A DNA stretch of 16,647 nt from the IMG/VR virus record IMGVR_UViG_2703718798_000004; one strand, given 5' to 3'. Shown here piece after piece: positions 16,089-16,647 of the stretch. Positions within the stretch are counted from its first letter, which is position 1. Each line of letters begins with the position of its first letter. The stretch comes from a virus. Taxonomy: Duplodnaviria; Heunggongvirae; Uroviricota; Caudoviricetes. The notes beneath the pieces were generated by a model. The model ran no database searches and was not told the DNA's origin. It saw only the letters and a program-made list of their open reading frames with translations. The translations under genes and the position numbers were made by a program.

Positions 16089-16647
16089 TTATCCGCCCGC
16101 ACCATTAACCGTTACTGTACACGCATCAGAGGTAATGCTCTGCGGCTGTTCTGCAGAATCCGTTACCACGCAGGTATATTTCCCCGCATCAGCGGACTGC
16201 GCACCTGGCTTACTGAAGGTGTCTGTCGTCTGACCGTCAACCGGCTGACCATCCTTCTTCCAGGCGTATTTATACGGCGGCGTTCCCCCGTTGGCACTGA
16301 CTGACATTGTCAGCAGCGCACCGGTATTCACGGTAAGTGTCTTATCCAGATTTTTCCCAAACGCCAGCGGTACCACAAAGGACACCGGTTTGCCTTTCAG
16401 ACGCAGTGAAAACGTTGCTGCCACCACGCCGTTGGTACCGGATGACCAGGTGTGCTGACGCACTTCCGCCAGGAACTTAAAGCCCTTACCGGACGGAAAC
16501 TGCACCTTAAACGCATACAACGCGTCATTGTCATAGGCATCACGCAGGGCGTTCTGGGCCTGATTCAGATAAAAATTACCCGACATGGAAATCTCGGACG
16601 ACGCCCCCAGACCGTTGATGTTCTCCTGCTCTGTGGAGCAGAGCGTG
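16089..16647 (-). CDS. V: Major tail protein V with C-terminal immunoglobulin-like domain; 5' end lies beyond the right edge of the window
   Basis: The frame is open from the window edge (my translation upstream of the track's Met: ...TLCSTEQENINGLGASSEISMSGNFYLNQ...). C-terminal ~80 aa (...GGTPPYKYAWKKDGQPVDGQTTDTFSKPGAQSADAGKYTCVVTD...TVTV) has the tryptophan and Y-x-C signatures of an Ig-like fold, the kind of C-terminal decoration domain carried by lambda gpV. Position is immediately upstream of G. Confidence 0.8.
   Translation of the reverse strand, partial: TLCSTEQENINGLGASSEISMSGNFYLNQAQNALRDAYDNDALYAFKVQFPSGKGFKFLAEVRQHTWSSGTNGVVAATFSLRLKGKPVSFVVPLAFGKNLDKTLTVNTGALLTMSVSANGGTPPYKYAWKKDGQPVDGQTTDTFSKPGAQSADAGKYTCVVTDSAEQPQSITSDACTVTVNGAGG

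Noticed and set aside
12249-16233. Plus-strand ORFs antisense to H, T, G and V (e.g. 14218..14925, 15274..16233, 13010..13288)
   Set aside because: Same reasoning: they sit opposite strongly supported tail genes with no start signals and Ala/Ser/Pro-rich translations typical of antisense frames.
1-16647. CRISPR arrays, tRNA or rRNA genes, integrase or transposase genes, attachment-site repeats, toxin-antitoxin or restriction/defence enzymes
   Set aside because: I looked for regular short repeat-spacer periodicity, tRNA-like cloverleaf sequence, and ORFs with nuclease, ATPase, recombinase or reverse-transcriptase motifs and found none. The only periodic DNA is the collagen-coding repeat and the 21-bp heptad repeat.

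Overview
The window is the late (tail) morphogenesis module of a lambda-like siphovirus prophage, followed by a virulence-type cargo region; every gene I can support is on the minus strand. Reading right to left: major tail protein V (5' end beyond the window), chaperones G and G-T (with a visible -1 slippery heptamer), tape measure H, M, L, K, I, a ~340-bp I-J intergenic insert, host-specificity protein J with a non-lambda C-terminal tip, a collagen-repeat side tail fibre, and a small Tfa-like ORF. Left of a strong hairpin terminator (~3577-3604) the cargo begins: an AT-rich leader, a YadA/Eib-like trimeric autotransporter adhesin, a small LuxR-type regulator, a coupled small membrane ORF, and the N-terminal ~350 aa of a peptidase-S6 (SPATE-type) autotransporter that runs off the left edge (missing from the ORF track, which has no stop for it). 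I see no rRNA, tRNA, CRISPR array, integrase, transposase or recognisable defence-system enzymes. The most unexplained sequence is the I-J intergenic insert, which carries a sigma70-like promoter and two intrinsic terminators on the opposite (+) strand, suggesting a ~100-nt antisense small RNA. All homology statements are from reading the translations and from memory of the named families; no database search was run.
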